A stretch of 64,000 nucleotides of DNA from Camelus dromedarius (GCF_036321535.1 NC_087436.1:107510001-107574000); one strand, 5' to 3'. Shown: positions 51,205-64,000, counted from the stretch's first letter. Notes: a model not told the origin generated them from the sequence alone. Program-made: numbers and translations.

Positions 51205-54122
51205 GTATTTTCTGGTTCAGATTTGTGGTGCGGGGTGGGGGTGGGGGGGGGTCAGTCGATGGTCACGTGAGGGTTGACTCTGTATGTTAAAAGCGGTTTA
51301 TGTTTGCTGTTTTTGAAATTAGTGTATCTTTTCATTTCCGAAGTTGTCGTGAGAAGGAAACCTCTGCTCCATCTAGTAGAGTGATTTGTTGTTGGGAGGA
51401 GTGGGGGTGAACTCTCAGTTCTCGGAGATTGTGATAAGGCGGAGCCAGCCCACAGGAGTGTGACTTACTGCATCCACATTTTTTTTTTCCAAATTGCATT
51501 CATGCACATTTTTAATTAAATTCTCCCAATACCCCAGGGTTCCCTCACGCCTTCCCTCAGACTGCTTGGGACTTCTCTTCTGCATACTACCATATGCTCA
51601 TCCTTCTTAATGAGAGTTTAGCCACCCAGATCTTATGTTCAATTGCCTAATTGCTTTTGGAGTGTCCTAGGGAAATGACTATTTTAGGAATTTTTAAAAA
51701 AAATTTCCAAATGATTAACATATACAAGTTACCAACATTTAGTGACTTCGACAAGGGGCCACATTAAATTCTGCTATGCTTATCCACGTGATACTCTTTA
51801 GGGGAAAACATTGACAACCACAGTTTTCAGAATGAATGAGGCAGCAAATAATGTTTTGAATAAGCTTTTCAGTGCAGATTACTGTGTTCTTATTAAACTT
51901 TTAATTTTCAAGCTATGTGAGGGCTTTATGTAGACAGTTTCCCTTGTGATAAAATCAGCTACATAAAAAAATGAACTTTAGAAGTCAGAAGAAACCTAGA
52001 TCAGGTCTTAAACTGAAGCCCAAAGAGAGAATGAAGCGATTTAACCTAAGGTTATTCGTTGGGTTAGTGGAGGGCTGAAAACAGAACCCGAGCACCTTGG
52101 GTGTCTAACCCAGAAGTTTTCTGCTCTATTACATTTACTTTCCAGCACAGTGTTGCCCGGTCATGGTTATTTCAAAAGTACTCAGTATGTAACTGGGGGA
52201 AAGACTGGATTAAACAAAGTCTAATATATTTCTTTATGTGAGACATCTCAGATACATTAATGTGCTAAAAGGTAAATAATATGCCTTGTTTTCCTAAACC
52301 ATTAAACCAAGGGATTTTTTTTTTGTATAATATCTATTAATATCTTACATTTTGGTGATAAGTTTTAAAACTGCAGCCCTGTACGTTAGGTACTTTACTT
52401 GATAAGATGTAGCTGTTGAAAGAAAGAAAATCAGCTGTGTGTATATACGTATGGGATTCAGGTCAGCGGAGCAGCTGATGATATCTGAACTTCAGACCAC
52501 AATTTCTAATGAACTGTCTTCCTGCTTGATTGTGTCTTTGGGCCACAGCCTGCTTCCCATGATGAATTTTTCTAGCCCTGGGAGAGGCTGTCTGAATCCC
52601 GGCTGTGTGGTAATGCTGCTGTCCCTTGTTGATTTATAATCACAGGTTAGGTGCCCACATGATTAGGAGTCATCCATGGAAGGTGGATGTTTCAGGTCAC
52701 TGGAGTAATTGGAATGACGTTTGGAATGTGGACACTGAAAAAGGTTTTGCCATCATGTAATTCGTTTTTATTCCCATGCTGCTCTGTTTTGTGTGAGGGA
52801 CTTCTGCACACATCTCGGCTCGGGAGGAGCAGTGTGGTGCCCAGAGGTGTGCGTTTCACCGTGTTTGCCGCCGTGTGGGAGGAGTGGTCTGCCGCTTTGG
52901 TATATTCTGAGGGGGGAGCATCTTGTTGCGGACTGGAAGTGGACATGGTTCATGAGTTATTAATCGCAGGCTCTTTTTCATTAAACTGGAGGATGATACT
53001 TGCCCTGTTGAACCTGCAAAGTTTGTGTGCACAAGTGAGAAAATAGAGATGAAACTGTTGCACAATCGTTGCAAAGCTAGGGTATACTGTTACAGAACTA
53101 GGAAATGTAACATTCTTATGATCTCAGAAGCTAAGGAAGAGGTCCTTAAAAAGAATAAAAATCACCTGAGTAATTTAGTTACTAACCTAAAAACTTAGTT
53201 TGAAGGACATTGTGGTCACTTTCACTGGCTGATATAGGAGATGAAGTTTTAATTATCTTTGGAAACAAATGATGGCAACTTATTAGGTATAAATTGGAGA
53301 AACAGAGGAAAGTTATTTGGGATTGAACAATTGAGATATAAATGGAGTATCACCTACAATGCAGTACTAGACATCTCTACTTCTTTGGAAACTTGAACTG
53401 CAGGCTGCAGCTTTCACTGTTTATTGCTGTATCAAGACGTCTTGAGACTTAAGGGCTTCATTTTAAGTTAACTACCACTGCATAAAATTATGCTTAGGTA
53501 TCCTAAAATGGGTATAGCTTAATAGGACAAATAATTAAATTGAGTTTTATTACGTCCAAAAAGTTACTCTGCTATGGATTTTTTTCATAACTAAGATAAC
53601 CTGTGATTGAATCTAGCCAACACAAGCTAGTACTCTGTTGTCTTAGGGTGGGTGCTGAAAGGCATCAAACTGCCAGATCTAAGTGATGTGTTTACTGGGG
53701 TCTTTAAAAAAAAAAAGCTGAAGGTTGTTGGTCAGGCACCTTAAGTATTGTTCCATGTTTGTGATAGTGATTTCTCTTATGAAAACGATAGTCATATATT
53801 CATTTCAGAAGATGAGAAAGTATATGAAGATTAGAGTTGGTTATGTGTTCCAGTCTCCTTACTGTGCTTTGGTTTTAAAATATGTGAGTGAGGCATGCAC
53901 CTTTCAGGCTAGTTTACTACATTGTTATCTACAGTGGTTTTTTGTTTTTTTTTAATGTAAAATTCTTTTATTTGCTTGTTTTTAAAACACAATGACTTCT
54001 GTATTGACAGTTATGTTTTTTATTTTCAGTATTCTTAATGTTTTTCTTCCTTGATCTTACTTGTCAGCTTATTGTTTCACTTTTTAAATACTCAGCTTCT
54101 GGTTATTGTATCCTTTCTAGAA

Positions 54123-54301
54123 CGTGATTTTCTCAAACTTGTGTACATCAGGGTCACCCGGAAGTTTTGTTAGATTGATTGCCCACCCTCCCATGTTTCG
54201 GATTCAGTCGGTCTGTGTTGGGGTCTGAGAATTTGCATTTCTGCCAAGTTCCAGGTGATAACTAGGCAGCGTGTCTTTGGCACAGGCTTTGAGAACCACG
54301 G
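54123..54301. mobile_element. MER5A hAT-Charlie MITE
   Basis: ttctcaaactt...catcag..tcacc.gga...gattcagt.ggtctg..tgggg.ctgagaatttgcattt...ctttgagaaccac. Confidence 0.8.
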
Positions 54302-56695
54302 TAGTATCTTCATTTTCTATCCTTCTCTTGCTTTTTAAAAAAAAGTTCTCTTTGGGTTTAACTTTTTAAAAACTTTTCAAAAACTTTTTTTTTTTAATTG
54401 GAAAATTCCAAAAGCATAGGGGAAGAAATGTTACTAGTAATACCTGTGTTACATCTTTCACCAGCTTTCAGCAGTTTTCAGGATTTCCCAGTCTTGTTTC
54501 ATCTGTCCTGTCCTATTATTTCCTTTGTCTACTGTCCCTCCCTCCTCCTCTCTCTCTCTTTCTGAAAGTCTGTCTGTCTTTCTGTCTCTCTTTTTCAATG
54601 CTGGAACATTGAGTAGCAAATTTTAGATGTCATATTTCATCTGTAATTTTTTTAAATTATGAGGAACTTTAAAATAGGACCATGATACTGTTATATCACC
54701 CAAATGAGCTCTAAGTGCTTAATAACGTTAAATACCTAGTCCATATGCAGTTTTCTTTGATTATAGTTTTTTTAAAAAATGTGGACCTTGAGTCTGGTTA
54801 CCTTATGGAATTCATTCACATAATTTTGCAGTTGGTTATGTGGGATTTTCCAGACAGACAATTATGTCACCAGTAAATAACAGTTGGTTTGTTCCTGTGT
54901 GAAATATATCCTTTTTTCTTAGTTCTGCATTGGGGAGGACCTGCAGAAGAACGTTGGTTAATGTTAGTGATGAAGGGTCTTTGTGAGCATGGTCTATTAT
55001 GTCACCAAGAAATGTGATATTTTTGTGCTTCTGCTAAGGGTTGAGGGACAACACCAGGGTAAGGGGGTCACTTTGAAATTAGTTCTCAGCCTGAGGTTTT
55101 CAGGGGTCTTTTTGTTTGTTTGGTTTTGGTTTTTTTGCTTTTCTGGTGATTAGAATTGCCAGGGGTACCCTCTGATGATTTGTGCTTGAAAACATAAAGG
55201 TGGGGAGGGGCCTAGAGCTCTTGGCTTTTCTCAAAAACTGCATGAATTACTTAAGATATTTGCCTTCTGATTTTTTTGCCCCATAATTTACCATGAAGTG
55301 AGACATTTGGAGCACCTTCTCATAGAGTTCTTGGTCTCATTTTATGAGTGGGCAAACTGAGTCTTGGAGAAAATTATTTGCCATGGATATCTAACTTGTA
55401 AGGGAGGGGAGAAACCTTATCCCAGGTGTATTTAACTCCAGGGCACATAAGTATTCTGCCTGCAGTGTTGTATTATACTCCTATTACATTAAAATTAAAT
55501 ATCAAGTTTAATTGATGTATTATCTTGTGTATTTCATAAACTAACATCAGAAATTCATGAAATTTACAGATGATTTTGATCTAATTTTGACCTGAATTCC
55601 AAACATAAATATTGAAAAGAACATGAAATATTTTGTCTCTTACAACAGATGACATTTAACGGTTCCATTGTTGTTAACGTGGTATTTTTGTTTCTTTCCC
55701 GTTTTATCTCGGATAAAGTGCATTCACGTGTGTTTTCATTTGATCGCTCAGTGTTCAGTGTGACTGATGCAGGAGCAGGTACATCACTCCTTCTGACCCT
55801 TCTGTGGCTGGACTGGCCTTCAGGGTGTGCAGTCAGAGAGAAATACGGTGCTTCCTAAGGCTGGTTGCAGTTATTAAACCATATTTGTGTGTCAAATTTC
55901 AGGAATACGTTTTTAACCAGTGTAATTTTTCATGCACTGTTATCCTTTTTGTGTCCTTTTTTTTTTTTTTTTTTTTGGCCACTGTGAAGGATTCAGAACA
56001 ACTTCCGTAACCAGGCCACAGAAGCATGTAATATTTCACGATTAGCTGCTCTAGGGAATATTTTGGCCACAAATCCCTTTCCTTGGTTCTTAGCCATTTG
56101 TAATGAAATAATGAGAAAAATAGCTTGTTCTCAGCTAAGACAATCACTCTTGCTAGCTCTCTCCCTTCTTAGAGACACTTCTTTTCTTTACGGTTATTAA
56201 CACATGTGAAATTCCATTACTGGCATTCTCTAGTGACCCATAGCAATAATTCTTTTATCAAAAAATAACCATAGTTTTTCAGCAGAGGTGATGTGTCAGT
56301 CAGGTCTTATGTTGGGTCTTCATAAAGTCCGTACATATAAAACTTCAAAAAATATTATGAAACTATTTTTTTTAAACGCTTCATAAATATTTCAGTAGTG
56401 CCTTAGAGTAGAATCGGTATCTTCCTGTAGTTTATCTTTTAAGCTTTTTGCAACCAGTGGTCATTTCTTTTCTGATACCTTAGAGCATGTCTTACTGCAT
56501 CAGTCTTTCACCTGTTTGTTTTTGTACATAAACTTGAGATAACGATCAGTAAGAATAAGAGATGAAAATGTAACCGGATGATTCCAGCTGCTCTGGATTC
56601 CCGTTAAGAGGTGGCAGTCATTATTCTAGTTGGTGTCTAAGTGGCTGATTGACACCTTCAGGGGTCACTGCCTGCCTCCGTAACTGAGAGGTAAC

Positions 56696-57215
56696 TGCTA
56701 CCTAGTCTGAACTCGTTCTGCTCGCCACACCATAGGCCAGTAAATCAGGAGACGAGGTGTTGGGGCAAGGAATAGCGACTTTATTCGGAAAGCCGGCAGA
56801 CCGAGAAGATGGCTGACTAATGTCCTAGAGAACCATCTGCCCCCCAGTTAGGATTCAGGCTCCTTTTATGCTACTAAAAAGGGGAGGGGCTGTGCTTGTT
56901 GCGCACTTCTTGGTGTCGGAATCCTTTGTTCTTGCAGCTGTCCACGTGGGTCGGGTCACGGTGTCCCTGTAAACCTCCAACAAAACAAGTGTTGTTTTCT
57001 CCTCTGCAACTTTTATCTTTATGTGAATGGGAAAATGTTAATGCCCTTAAAAGTCAGAGCCTTGAGAACGGGCTCTCCTGTGTGTTTCAGGCTCTAGGCA
57101 ACATTCTTTTACAAAAGGTTCAGAACCAACAAGACTAAGCCTGGGAAACAAAGCACAAAGTTACAGCCAAAGGAACAAATCTAATGTGGAGTCAGATTTG
57201 TTCTTTTCTATCACA
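56696..57215 (-). mobile_element. Solo LTR of ERV1 type, about 520 bp
   Basis: TG...CA termini, 4-bp TSD taac/taag (1 mismatch), minus-strand AATAAA at 56780-56785, U5-like gagacgaggtgttggggcaaggaatagcgactttatt. Confidence 0.75.
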
Positions 57216-58014
57216 TAAGGGCTTCTGTTAAAATGAAATTTATCCCCTTACCTATTTGTTTTTAGGAATGTGTTCTAGGGTGCTGATGTTTGCATGAATT
57301 GTGTCAAATGAGCAGACACAGGATTCTACAAAGTTTGATTATAGGCTCTTCCTAATTCTTTGTCAGTTGGTCTTGTTAATGTCTTGGGTTTGGGTGCAAT
57401 GCGTCTTGAGAATATGTGAGTCTATTAAAATAGGGTGTTTGGATTAAATTCCATTATTATCTGTTATATATGACTTTTTTATTGCAGGTATCACAACCTA
57501 GTCACTTTAAAGAAAAAAGTATTTACTTATTGGTTACATATTTTCTTTACTCAACACAAAGTCCAAAATATGATCTTTTATGTTTTTTTTCACTTGGGAC
57601 GGTGTCTGGCTCACCTTGGTTCTCAATAAATATTTAGTTAGTAAATAGATACTGTATAGCTGTTGGCTTTTATAGGAGGAGTTACACTAATGAAAAAAGG
57701 TATGAATATAAGTAGCATATTGTGCTGTCCCTGCCCTCCATATGTTTACATTGGAGTTAAAATAAGGACAGAATTGTGACACACGATGGTGAGGGCAGTA
57801 TGTAGTCAGTTAACTGTATTTTAATTGGATGAGGTGGTGGGGCTTGACAGAGGGGGAAGAGGCAGTTTTGCTGGATTCCTTGATCCTGTTTATATGTGAA
57901 ATAAAGACTTTAAAAATGTACTTCTCTTAACACTTCTTTTAGAGCCTGTCATCCTCAAAGAGAGGCTTATTTTGGGATTGAAATGGTTTAAAAAAAAAAG
58001 AAGTGGGGGGAGCA

Positions 58015-58180
58015 ATAAAATAACGAAAAGAGCTATGCTTTGAGTGCCTGCCGTGTTCAGGCATGGTTTCAGGAACCTTATAGTTATTAGTGCAAGCCAA
58101 TTGTTGAAACATTCAGAAAAGGCAGGGGTTATCATCCCCATTTTTGAAATAAAGGAAGATGCGAGGGTCCATGGCCACCC
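58015..58180 (-). mobile_element. MIR SINE fragment
   Basis: tttgagtgcctgccgtgttcaggcatggt...ttatcatccccatttttgaaataaaggaa. Confidence 0.6.
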
Positions 58181-59429
58181 CTGCTCGTGGTCAGGATGTG
58201 CAGTTGTGTGTTTTCCCCTCACATCCTGTGGTTGCTTCACTCCACGGCTCCGGGGCTGGGATTTGGTGGATTTCCGCAGGCTTGTCTTCTTCCTGAAGAG
58301 AACCATGGGTGCAATGGACTGAACTTTTTCCAAACCCTCCTCAGCCCTCATAATTATACACCCTGGGAAGAGTGTTGGAGGCAGGACAGGGTGAAAAAGC
58401 TCAGCCTGGATCTTCTGGGATGATCAAAAGGCATCTGCTGAAACAGCCTTGGCTCTCTGGCTTGGCTTTGGGGCTTTGATGCTTACTTCTTGGTTAGAGA
58501 ACCAGCCAGCTTGTAAATCCTCTGATTTAAAAGATGCCTCTGGAATGCTTGTGTTCTTTCTGCCGTGGCTCTCCCTCTCAGGAATAGCTTGCTCAATAGC
58601 AGACCCTCTCAACAACCACATGTCTCATCACCCTGGACTGTCGGGCGCACTTCTCTGATATAGGACAGACAAGTCACCATCAGCAGTGGCAAATCGACAT
58701 GCCACTGGTGTTGCCTGACAGATGTTTACATCTGTAAGTGATGAACTGAGCTACTGAAAAGAATTCAGTAAATGAAATAAATAAAAAGGTAGGGGGGAAA
58801 GTGAGCACTTCTTAGGGTCCATTTATTTCATGGTTCCGGGTCTTAAAGCATTCGTTGAGTTGGGAGGATGGGAAGAAGCTCATTCAAGGTAGAGGGAACT
58901 GTACGTACACAGACACATGTGATGGCCCAGTGCGTACAGGGAACTCTCAGTACTTGGACATGCCTAGGGATTTGACCATGACGGTGTACCGAAGGTGTAG
59001 CCCGTGTATATTTCTCAATAATAATATTAAGTAAGACTTAGGCAAAAAGATATGTTTATAAGTGTTTTTCCATCACAGCTGAGATCTTTTTATGCTGGGA
59101 ATCACGTGATGTCTCTTCCGTTCCCCTGATTCATATAATTGCCTCCCCCCACGCCCCCATCGGTTTGAGTACTACACGTCAGTCTTCTCACCAGTAATTT
59201 GGTGGTTACTTAAGTGCACTGCTTTGAGCTAAATGTTACCAACTGGTCATAATTTGACTGTGCTCTTCATATCTGGAGATGTTTTAATGAAAAACAAGTC
59301 AAGTGCCTATTGGGTTTTCATGGGAAAATTTAGACTGAAGGCCAATCCTGGTGTCTCACTAGGATTTTGTTGTAAAGCTGCCTATATTGGCTTTAAAGAT
59401 CTTCCTTTTGTCTCCTGCACACCTGCCAG

Positions 59430-59591
59430 CTTGGTGACGTGATGGTTGACATCGCAAGTAACATCATGCTGGCTGACGAGCGCGTCCTGGGGCTGGCCCA
59501 GAGGGAGGCGAGGGCCTGCAGTAGGATCGTCCAGTGCCTACAGCGCATCGCCACGTACCGACTCGCTAATGGAGCTCATGTGTATTCAACA
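59430..59591 (+). CDS. ADGRA3: ADGRA3 exon 11 (162 nt: [40 protein letters not shown]...HVYST)
   Basis: cctgccag acceptor, GTAAGT donor, phase 0-0; ORF 59439..59648. Confidence 0.96.
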
Positions 59592-61956
59592 GTAAGTGTG
59601 ACGTTATCCCACCATTCTAAGGGAAAAACTCAGTCGAGGGAACTGTAACTCAAAAGAGATAGGTCTCCTCCCCACGATGGGGTGTTTTGTTACTTCTGAT
59701 TATTAGAGAATTTCCTCTTCTCAAAACATTTTATAAAGCAATTTTGTGTCTGAATAATCTGTTTGCTTGGTAACTGGAAAATGCTTTCTTAATTTGTAAT
59801 TTGAACAGTTACCACCATCTCCTCCTTTGAAACTTTCTACAACACAAATGAGAACACTGCAGAATTGCCCTGCTGGCATCTACCCGCCGTCTTCCCTGGC
59901 CACTATTGTGTTCTGGGCCCCGAAGGAAATTTTGAGACAGTGCTTGATTGCTTGTCCAGGTTTCAGTTTCAGAAGAGAACTGGGATTCTCCCAGCCCTTG
60001 TGAACCTATTGGCATTTTCCAGGCGATCCCACTCTTGGCATAATGAGTTATTTATGCTTAATAATTACTGTGTTACATCATATCATATTTTATTTGTGCT
60101 AAATTGAACCATTCTAAATTTCTTGGTGTATTGCTAGCTTTTTTTTGTTTTAACATGTGGTAAATAAGATAAATAAAGCTTTGTTCTCTTGTAGCAGTCA
60201 TATTCTGATCTGGCCCCTGAGTTTCACTTTCTAACTATTTTAGTGGGTTCATCTAATAATGTTCTAGACCTCCTCCTGTGATTTTACACAATTCAAGATT
60301 ACCGTCTTCCCCTGGACCAGTGGGTCCTTTTTGATAATAACTGTGTTTTATTGCTCCTTTTGCTCAGTTCAGTTTGGGATTACTTTCCTGAATGATAAAA
60401 ATGGAGGCCCAGCATGGCTCCTGTCTGGACAGCATAGTTCAGGGTAGTTGCCCCTCAGACCCGTGACCTTCCTTGAAGTGAGCTTGCTAGTTTTAGGGCC
60501 ACACCTGGGCCTCCCTGGTCATTCAGGCCCCTTTTCAATCCCATGCCTCACCCTTGCTTATTCCTCAGTGCATAGAATTTCCTTGGTTGTTCTGAGAACC
60601 CAAGGATGTATATATTAAAGGGCGTCGTGGGTAATTTACACACTGTTTCAAAATATAAAAGAAGTTTCTGGGAAACTCTACTTATGATACAGTTTCAAAG
60701 CCACCTCAGGAGGGCAGTTTTCTTTCTCTTAACTAAAGAGTCACGTGTTTGTAGTAATTACATATCTTTGACTAATAAAAAATTTCAAATATAATTTTTA
60801 AGTATAATTGCATTCAGTGATTTTGCAGAGTGTGTCATCTGTTGGGCAAAAGTTAATGTAAAGATTTCTGAGTCTTAAAAATTGGGAGAATCACAAATTC
60901 TTTTCTACTGTACATATGGTACTTGGAAAATTCTGCCTTGTTCTGTTTTAAATTTTTTATCTTCCTAATAGATTTTAGACACCTTGCATGAAAGTCCTAT
61001 GCTTTAAAGAAAATTTAAAAAGAGGGCTCTGTCCACATAGGGTACTGAGAATGGTGCCTTGCTATATAGTGGGCATAGAATTTATCATCCTTAAGGAAGA
61101 GGAGATACCATCTTGTCCCGAGATTTTATAGCAAATCCTGTTCTCTTGCTGGATGTGAAAGAGACTGGGCAGCCTGTCACCTCCCGTGCCCCGTCCATTG
61201 TGGTTCTGAAAGATGGGAGGGGTGCAGCAGCCCCTAGATGTGGGCGCACTGGCTATTTGTATCGACGGGCCGGAAGTTCTGGTGGACCCCCTGAGTTCAG
61301 TCTCACGCTTGCATTTAAAACAATTGTTGGGGCAGGTGCTGTCTTTCTCAGGTAACTTTTCTGACTTAATTTGCTTTTAAAATCTGTTCATTTATTACTC
61401 TTTGGACCAACACCTCCCTTCCTTTTTAGAGGAAGCAGCTTTGGAGTGAGTCTCTATAAAGATTTTATCGGTGAAACTCAATACTATGAGTTAACTTGAT
61501 GGCCTTGTGAAAGGAAAAACTGAATATGGTGTGAAGCATTGAACGGGGCAACTTTTCAATGTATTTCCCAACCCCGATCCTCTTTATTATGATCATTGAG
61601 GGGTTCCACGGATTTCTCTAGCTGTGTTTTGTTTTTTTTTTTAATAAGATACTTCCACGTTCAGCTTAAAGTTTACTGCAAAGCACTCTTCAGAGTCTTC
61701 TAATCATTTGTATCTGATCCTCCGTACTTCATGACTTGTTCTTTTCCTCTTCATCGGTGTCTTTCCATTTTAGGACATCCTTTTATTTCCAGCGTCTTTT
61801 TTTTATTCTGTTAGTTACCTACACAGTTTTTACTGAACAAAACCTGAGCTTTCTCTTCTAGCTTAGGTATAGTGTTTTGTGTTTGAAACTCTTTGAAAGT
61901 GCTTTTTCCCCGTATTATAAATCTTTTTATAACTCCTGTTTGATTGACTTTTGAAG

Positions 61957-62160
61957 TATTCACCCAATATTGCTCTGGAAGCTTATGTCATCAAGGCTAC
62001 TGGCTTCACTGGGATGACGTGTACCGTGTTCCAGAAAGTGGCAGCTGCTGACCGCACAGGCCTTTCTGACTACGGGAGGCGGGATCTGGATGGAAACCTG
62101 GATAAACAACTGAGCTTTAAGTGCAATGTTTCAAATACTTTTTCAAGCCTGGCGTTGAAG
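61957..62160 (+). CDS. ADGRA3: ADGRA3 exon 12 (204 nt: YSPNIALEAYVIK...NTFSSLALK)
   Basis: ttttgaag acceptor, GTATGT donor, phase 0-0; ORF 61951..62178. Confidence 0.95.
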
Positions 62161-62209
62161 GTATGTTGCATTCTGTAATCATTTAAGACTTTACAGTTAG
62201 ATTAGAACA

Positions 62210-62566
62210 CAGCCTCGGCCCTCTGTATTTGCAGGTTCCACATCTGTCGATTCAGCCAACCATGGCTGAAAGATACTCAGTTAAAAAAAAAAAATTCTAG
62301 AAAGTTCCAAAAAGCAAAACGTAATTTGCTTCACGCTGCCAACTATTTACATAGGATTTGCATCGTCTTTACAACAGTTTACATAGAATTTACCTTGTAT
62401 TAGGTATTGTAAATAACCTAGAGGTGACTGAAAATGAATGTACAGGAGCATGTGCCTAGGTTTTATGCAAAAACTACACCATGTTACGTAGGAGACTTGA
62501 ACATCCACAGATTTTGGTATCCAAGGGGGTCCTGGAATCAGTCCTCTGTGGGTAGGGGGATGACTG
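62210..62566 (-). mobile_element. MER2/MER2B Tigger element, near full length
   Basis: cggccctctgtatttgcaggttccacatc...aaagttccaaaaagcaaaac...gacttgaacatccacagattttggtatcc..gggtcctggaa...gatgactg followed by TA. Confidence 0.85.
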
Positions 62567-64000
62567 TATTCAAAATATTTTGTTTTGCAAAAATAAACGT
62601 TATGAAAAGTTATTAGGGGGGTGGTATTGGTATTGCCTTCGCTGTTGTTTGAAAGAAATTCAGACCAGAAAGGGATGCATCATGACTTTCCTGAGCCTAG
62701 GAATTTTTTGCTCTGGACCCCTTTCTCCACACAAATACATCAAAGTTATATCTTATGACTGCAGTGGTAAAAAAGATGAATATTACATGTTAAGACATGT
62801 TCTTTGACTTTAAAGTTAATTTTTTATGTTGCTGATTTTAAAGACATGAAAACATTTTTGTAGACCTCCTGTAAGTCTTCTGTGCCCTTGGCTCTGGGCC
62901 TAATGGGACAGTCCAGACATTTAACCAGGCAAGCTGTATATGAAGATTTGGGGCACAGAAGTGCAAACATGTGATGTGTGTTCACCAGTTTGTGTTTTGT
63001 GGCGGCAAGCAAAATTAAAGGCACTTTTAAAATTTGGGGTTTAGATGCATTTCATTAAACTACATCGAAGCAAATGTTAAAAGTACAATTTCAGCACCCT
63101 GATGGAACCACGTTTTATCATTTCACTTTGTGTGGCCATGTGTAACTGTGTTCTCTGTGGTTTTTCATTTCACAGTACTTTCTTTGTTTCTGGGTTGTCC
63201 CTGAATTACATCACCAACAGTATTCCAGTCATTTTAATGGCCGCATAGTAATCAGTCAAATAGGTGTTAGGTGTGCTGGAACACTGTGGACGCTCAGTAA
63301 GTAATGAATGAGTGAACGAATACATGAAGAATTCATGTATTTTGTCATACTTGACCCTAGTGACTTCTCCATACTTGATCCTACTGACCTCCAAACCAGT
63401 TTGCCAAATTTAGAAATCGTCCAACTTCCCCCACTGCCCAAGATAATCCCAGCTGTGTCAAAATGTCTAATGATAATATATTTACTAGATACCATATATT
63501 CAGAGGAACGCTGGAAAGATTTATCTATTACTCTTGGCTCTATGAGAGTATTTGATGCACTTAGCAATGCTACTTACTCCTTAATGCCTGCTCCTTTCCT
63601 CAGCAAGTTTTTTATTGGTAAAACCATACCACAGAAGGCATCAAAACAGCATCACACACAAGCCCATGAGAGAGGGAGGTGCGTGTCTTTGAGGAGCACT
63701 TAAAATTGATGAACGCTTCTGTCTTCGATGATCATAGTTGGTAGAAAGGGATTAAAAATGATGAAACCCAACATTTCATCAATTTCACAACCTACCCCCT
63801 CAGGGTAAGGAGAGTTTCTACCTGCTAAATAAAGTAGGAAGCTTTAAAGGAGCGCTCCCAGATTTGTCAGTTTCATACTATTCTATCATTTTAAGGTCAT
63901 CTCGTGGCCAGAAACCAAGGACACATCACACCATTATTCATGCTTCATAGATGGACATGCTTAAAACCTAGGGGAAAAGGAGCATCTCCTTTGTGGCACA

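Larger units (their letters stand above)
17320..62160 (+). other. ADGRA3: ADGRA3/GPR125 gene span present in window (coding exons 2-12; gene extends beyond both window ends)
   Basis: Eleven GT-AG exons with compatible phases concatenate to a stop-free frame ILSNNKISELKNGSF...SNTFSSLALK matching recalled mammalian ADGRA3. Confidence 0.97.

Noticed and set aside
4598..55976. Several 20-29 nt poly-T runs (about 4598, 4825, 14761, 33028, 35667, 47913, 55956)
   Set aside because: No TSDs or adjoining retrocopy bodies seen; treated as simple homopolymers
63308..63703. 131-aa ORF downstream of exon 12
   Set aside because: Does not match the expected next ADGRA3 exon (recalled NTIVEASIQLPPSLF); starts in an L2-like tail and includes a tandem duplication
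1..64000. CRISPR arrays, operons, rRNA genes or a novel multi-gene system
   Set aside because: Window is explained by one known vertebrate gene plus interspersed repeats; no repeat-spacer array or independent gene found

Overview
Mammalian genomic DNA, most likely a camelid (Camelus or Vicugna), judged from tRNA-derived vic-1/ALPINE-type SINEs and camelid-like L1 3' ends; I saw no Alu, BovB/Bov-tA, PRE1 or Can-SINE. The whole window lies inside the + strand gene ADGRA3 (GPR125, an adhesion GPCR). Eleven coding exons (2-12 by human numbering, 1552 nt) all have GT-AG boundaries and splice into one open frame covering four LRRs, LRRCT, an Ig-like domain, the hormone-receptor motif and the start of the GAIN domain. 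Exon 1 and the 7TM exons are outside the window. The introns hold the usual interspersed repeats: L1, L2, MIR, MaLR/ERVL/ERV1 LTRs, Tigger and hAT elements, and microsatellites. I found no evidence of a new biological system. The most notable points are a Trp-to-Gly change in a conserved motif, two CpG-rich exons among CpG-poor ones, two apparent L1 3' transductions, and a well-preserved antisense solo LTR next to exon 2. Comparisons with human ADGRA3 and repeat family names are from memory, not from a database search, and boundaries of old repeats are approximate.
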